A stretch of DNA of 33,870 bases, from NCBI GenBank assembly GCA_964457185.1, contig CAYWEQ010000011.1, positions 1 through 33,870 on the forward strand, given 5' to 3'. The translations under genes were made by a program, and so were the position numbers. Below the pieces are notes generated by a model that saw only the letters and a list, made by a program, of their open reading frames with translations, had not been told where the DNA came from and did no database searches. Of the stretch, positions 32,852 to 33,870 are shown piece after piece; position 1 is the first letter of the stretch, and each line of letters starts with the position of its first letter. Origin of the DNA: an uncultured Rikenellaceae bacterium. Its GTDB lineage: Bacteria > Bacteroidota > Bacteroidia > Bacteroidales > VadinHA17.

Positions 32852-33870
32852 GTGATAGACTACTCACAAATACCATCTCCGTGCTATGTAATTGATGAAG
32901 AAAGATTTAGAAATAATCTTTCTTTAATTAAACGTGTCTCTGATGAATCAGGCGCTAAGATAATCCTTGCCTTCAAGGGATTCTCCATGTGGGGCGTCTT
33001 CGGGATACTTAAGGAGTATATCTCAGGTGCAGCTGCGAGTTCGCTGCATGAAGCAAGGCTCTGCTTTGAGGAGATCGGATCTCCTGCTCATACTTATTCA
33101 CCTGTTTATAAGGATATTGAGTTTGAAGAAATCCTGGAATATAGTTCACATATCAGCTTCAACTCACTGGAACAATATAAGAAGTATTCGAATATATTAC
33201 AAAAATATTCGAAAAAGATATCGCCGGGACTGAGAATAAATCTGGAGTTTTCTGAGATCAGCCATGGAATATATGATCCCTGCTCACCGGGATCGAGGCT
33301 GGGAATAACCTCAGATGATCTGAAGGCGGGTTTGCCTGAAGGAATTGAAGGACTCCATTTTCATGTTCTGTTTGAATCGGATTCCTATGCCCTGGGAAAA
33401 GTGCTTAATGTTGTTGAACACAAATTCGGCATACATTTCCATGCACTGAAATGGATAAACATGGGTGGCGGCCACCTGATAACGGGCAGGAATTATGATA
33501 CCGCTCACCTCATAAAAATATTGAAGGATTTCAGGAAAAGGACAGGGCTCCATGTCATACTTGAACCGGGAAGCGCTTTTGCATGGGAAACCGGAGAACT
33601 TGTAGCAACTGTTGAAGATATTGTTGAGAACCAGGGTATTAAAACAGCTATTCTTGATGTTTCCTTTACTGCTCATATGCCCGACTGCCTTGAAATGCCT
33701 TATAAACCGAAGATCATCGGAGCCACTGATCCGCTCCCCGGAAAACCAACATACCGCTTAGGCGGCAGCTCATGCCTCTCCGGTGATTTCGTTGGTGACT
33801 GGTCGTTCGACAAAGAGCTAAAGCCAGGGGACAGGATCATCTTTCTTGATATGATCCATTATACAATGGT
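32852..33870 (+). CDS. nspC: Carboxynorspermidine/carboxyspermidine decarboxylase, 5' part; it runs off the window and is absent from the supplied ORF track
   Basis: My own translation from GTG 32852 reads (M)IDYSQIPSPCYVIDEERFRNNLSLIKRVSDESGAKIILAFKGFSMWGVF...GLHFHVLFES...WINMGGGH...ILEPGSAF...RLGGSSCLSGD. The frame stays open to the window end. This is the group IV PLP decarboxylase pattern typical of NspC. Confidence 0.8.
   Translation, partial: MIDYSQIPSPCYVIDEERFRNNLSLIKRVSDESGAKIILAFKGFSMWGVFGILKEYISGAAASSLHEARLCFEEIGSPAHTYSPVYKDIEFEEILEYSSHISFNSLEQYKKYSNILQKYSKKISPGLRINLEFSEISHGIYDPCSPGSRLGITSDDLKAGLPEGIEGLHFHVLFESDSYALGKVLNVVEHKFGIHFHALKWINMGGGHLITGRNYDTAHLIKILKDFRKRTGLHVILEPGSAFAWETGELVATVEDIVENQGIKTAILDVSFTAHMPDCLEMPYKPKIIGATDPLPGKPTYRLGGSSCLSGDFVGDWSFDKELKPGDRIIFLDMIHYTM

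Noticed and set aside
32967-33676. ORFs 32967-33233 (+) and 33311-33676 (-)
   Set aside because: Both overlap the hand-translated nspC reading frame, which has strong family-specific motifs. Neither has recognisable motifs of its own.
920-33870. A genomic island, mobile element or defence system interpretation of the window
   Set aside because: I saw no integrase, transposase, tRNA target, flanking direct repeats, restriction/abortive-infection-like ATPases or nucleases. All large ORFs have coherent metabolic or transport assignments.

Overview
This window looks like Bacteroidota chromosome. That placement is an inference from TAnnTTTG-type promoter boxes, the lack of Shine-Dalgarno spacing, and gene families typical of the phylum. 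About 27 kb (920-28374) is one dense supercluster for peptidoglycan/N-acetylmuramic acid (MurNAc) scavenging and recycling, split into three transcription blocks. Block 1 (minus strand, 920-5317) is murK-murQ plus a NagZ/AmiE-like GH3-beta-lactamase fusion. Block 2 (plus strand, 5492-21704) is a tightly packed 8-gene operon: a split Amidase_3-like exoprotein, a tandem GT-A glycosyltransferase, a GalT-branch HIT (DUF4922-like) protein, a signal-less SpoIID/LytB protein, a GH9-CE4 fusion, AmpG, a Dld-II-type D-lactate dehydrogenase and a long NagB-LmbE fusion. Block 3 is namZ (minus strand, 21728-22978) divergent from NlpC/P60, a dipeptide epimerase, an HGSNAT-like acetyltransferase, amgK and murU (plus strand, 23043-28374). 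The left flank holds the 3' part of an alanine/glycine:cation symporter. The right flank holds two tandem TrkH paralogues and the carboxynorspermidine dehydrogenase/decarboxylase pair; the decarboxylase is absent from the ORF track. I saw no rRNA, tRNA, CRISPR array, transposase or integrase. The best candidate for undescribed biology is the apparently cytoplasmic GT2 / HIT-like / SpoIID triad with its exported partners inside the MurNAc locus. Other points of interest are an apparently inactivated GH3 module, a Tat-like leader on the dipeptide epimerase, a perfect 23-bp palindrome over the main operon promoter, and 7-8 bp tandem repeat arrays that begin exactly one base after stop codons. All family assignments rest on motifs read by eye; no searches were run.
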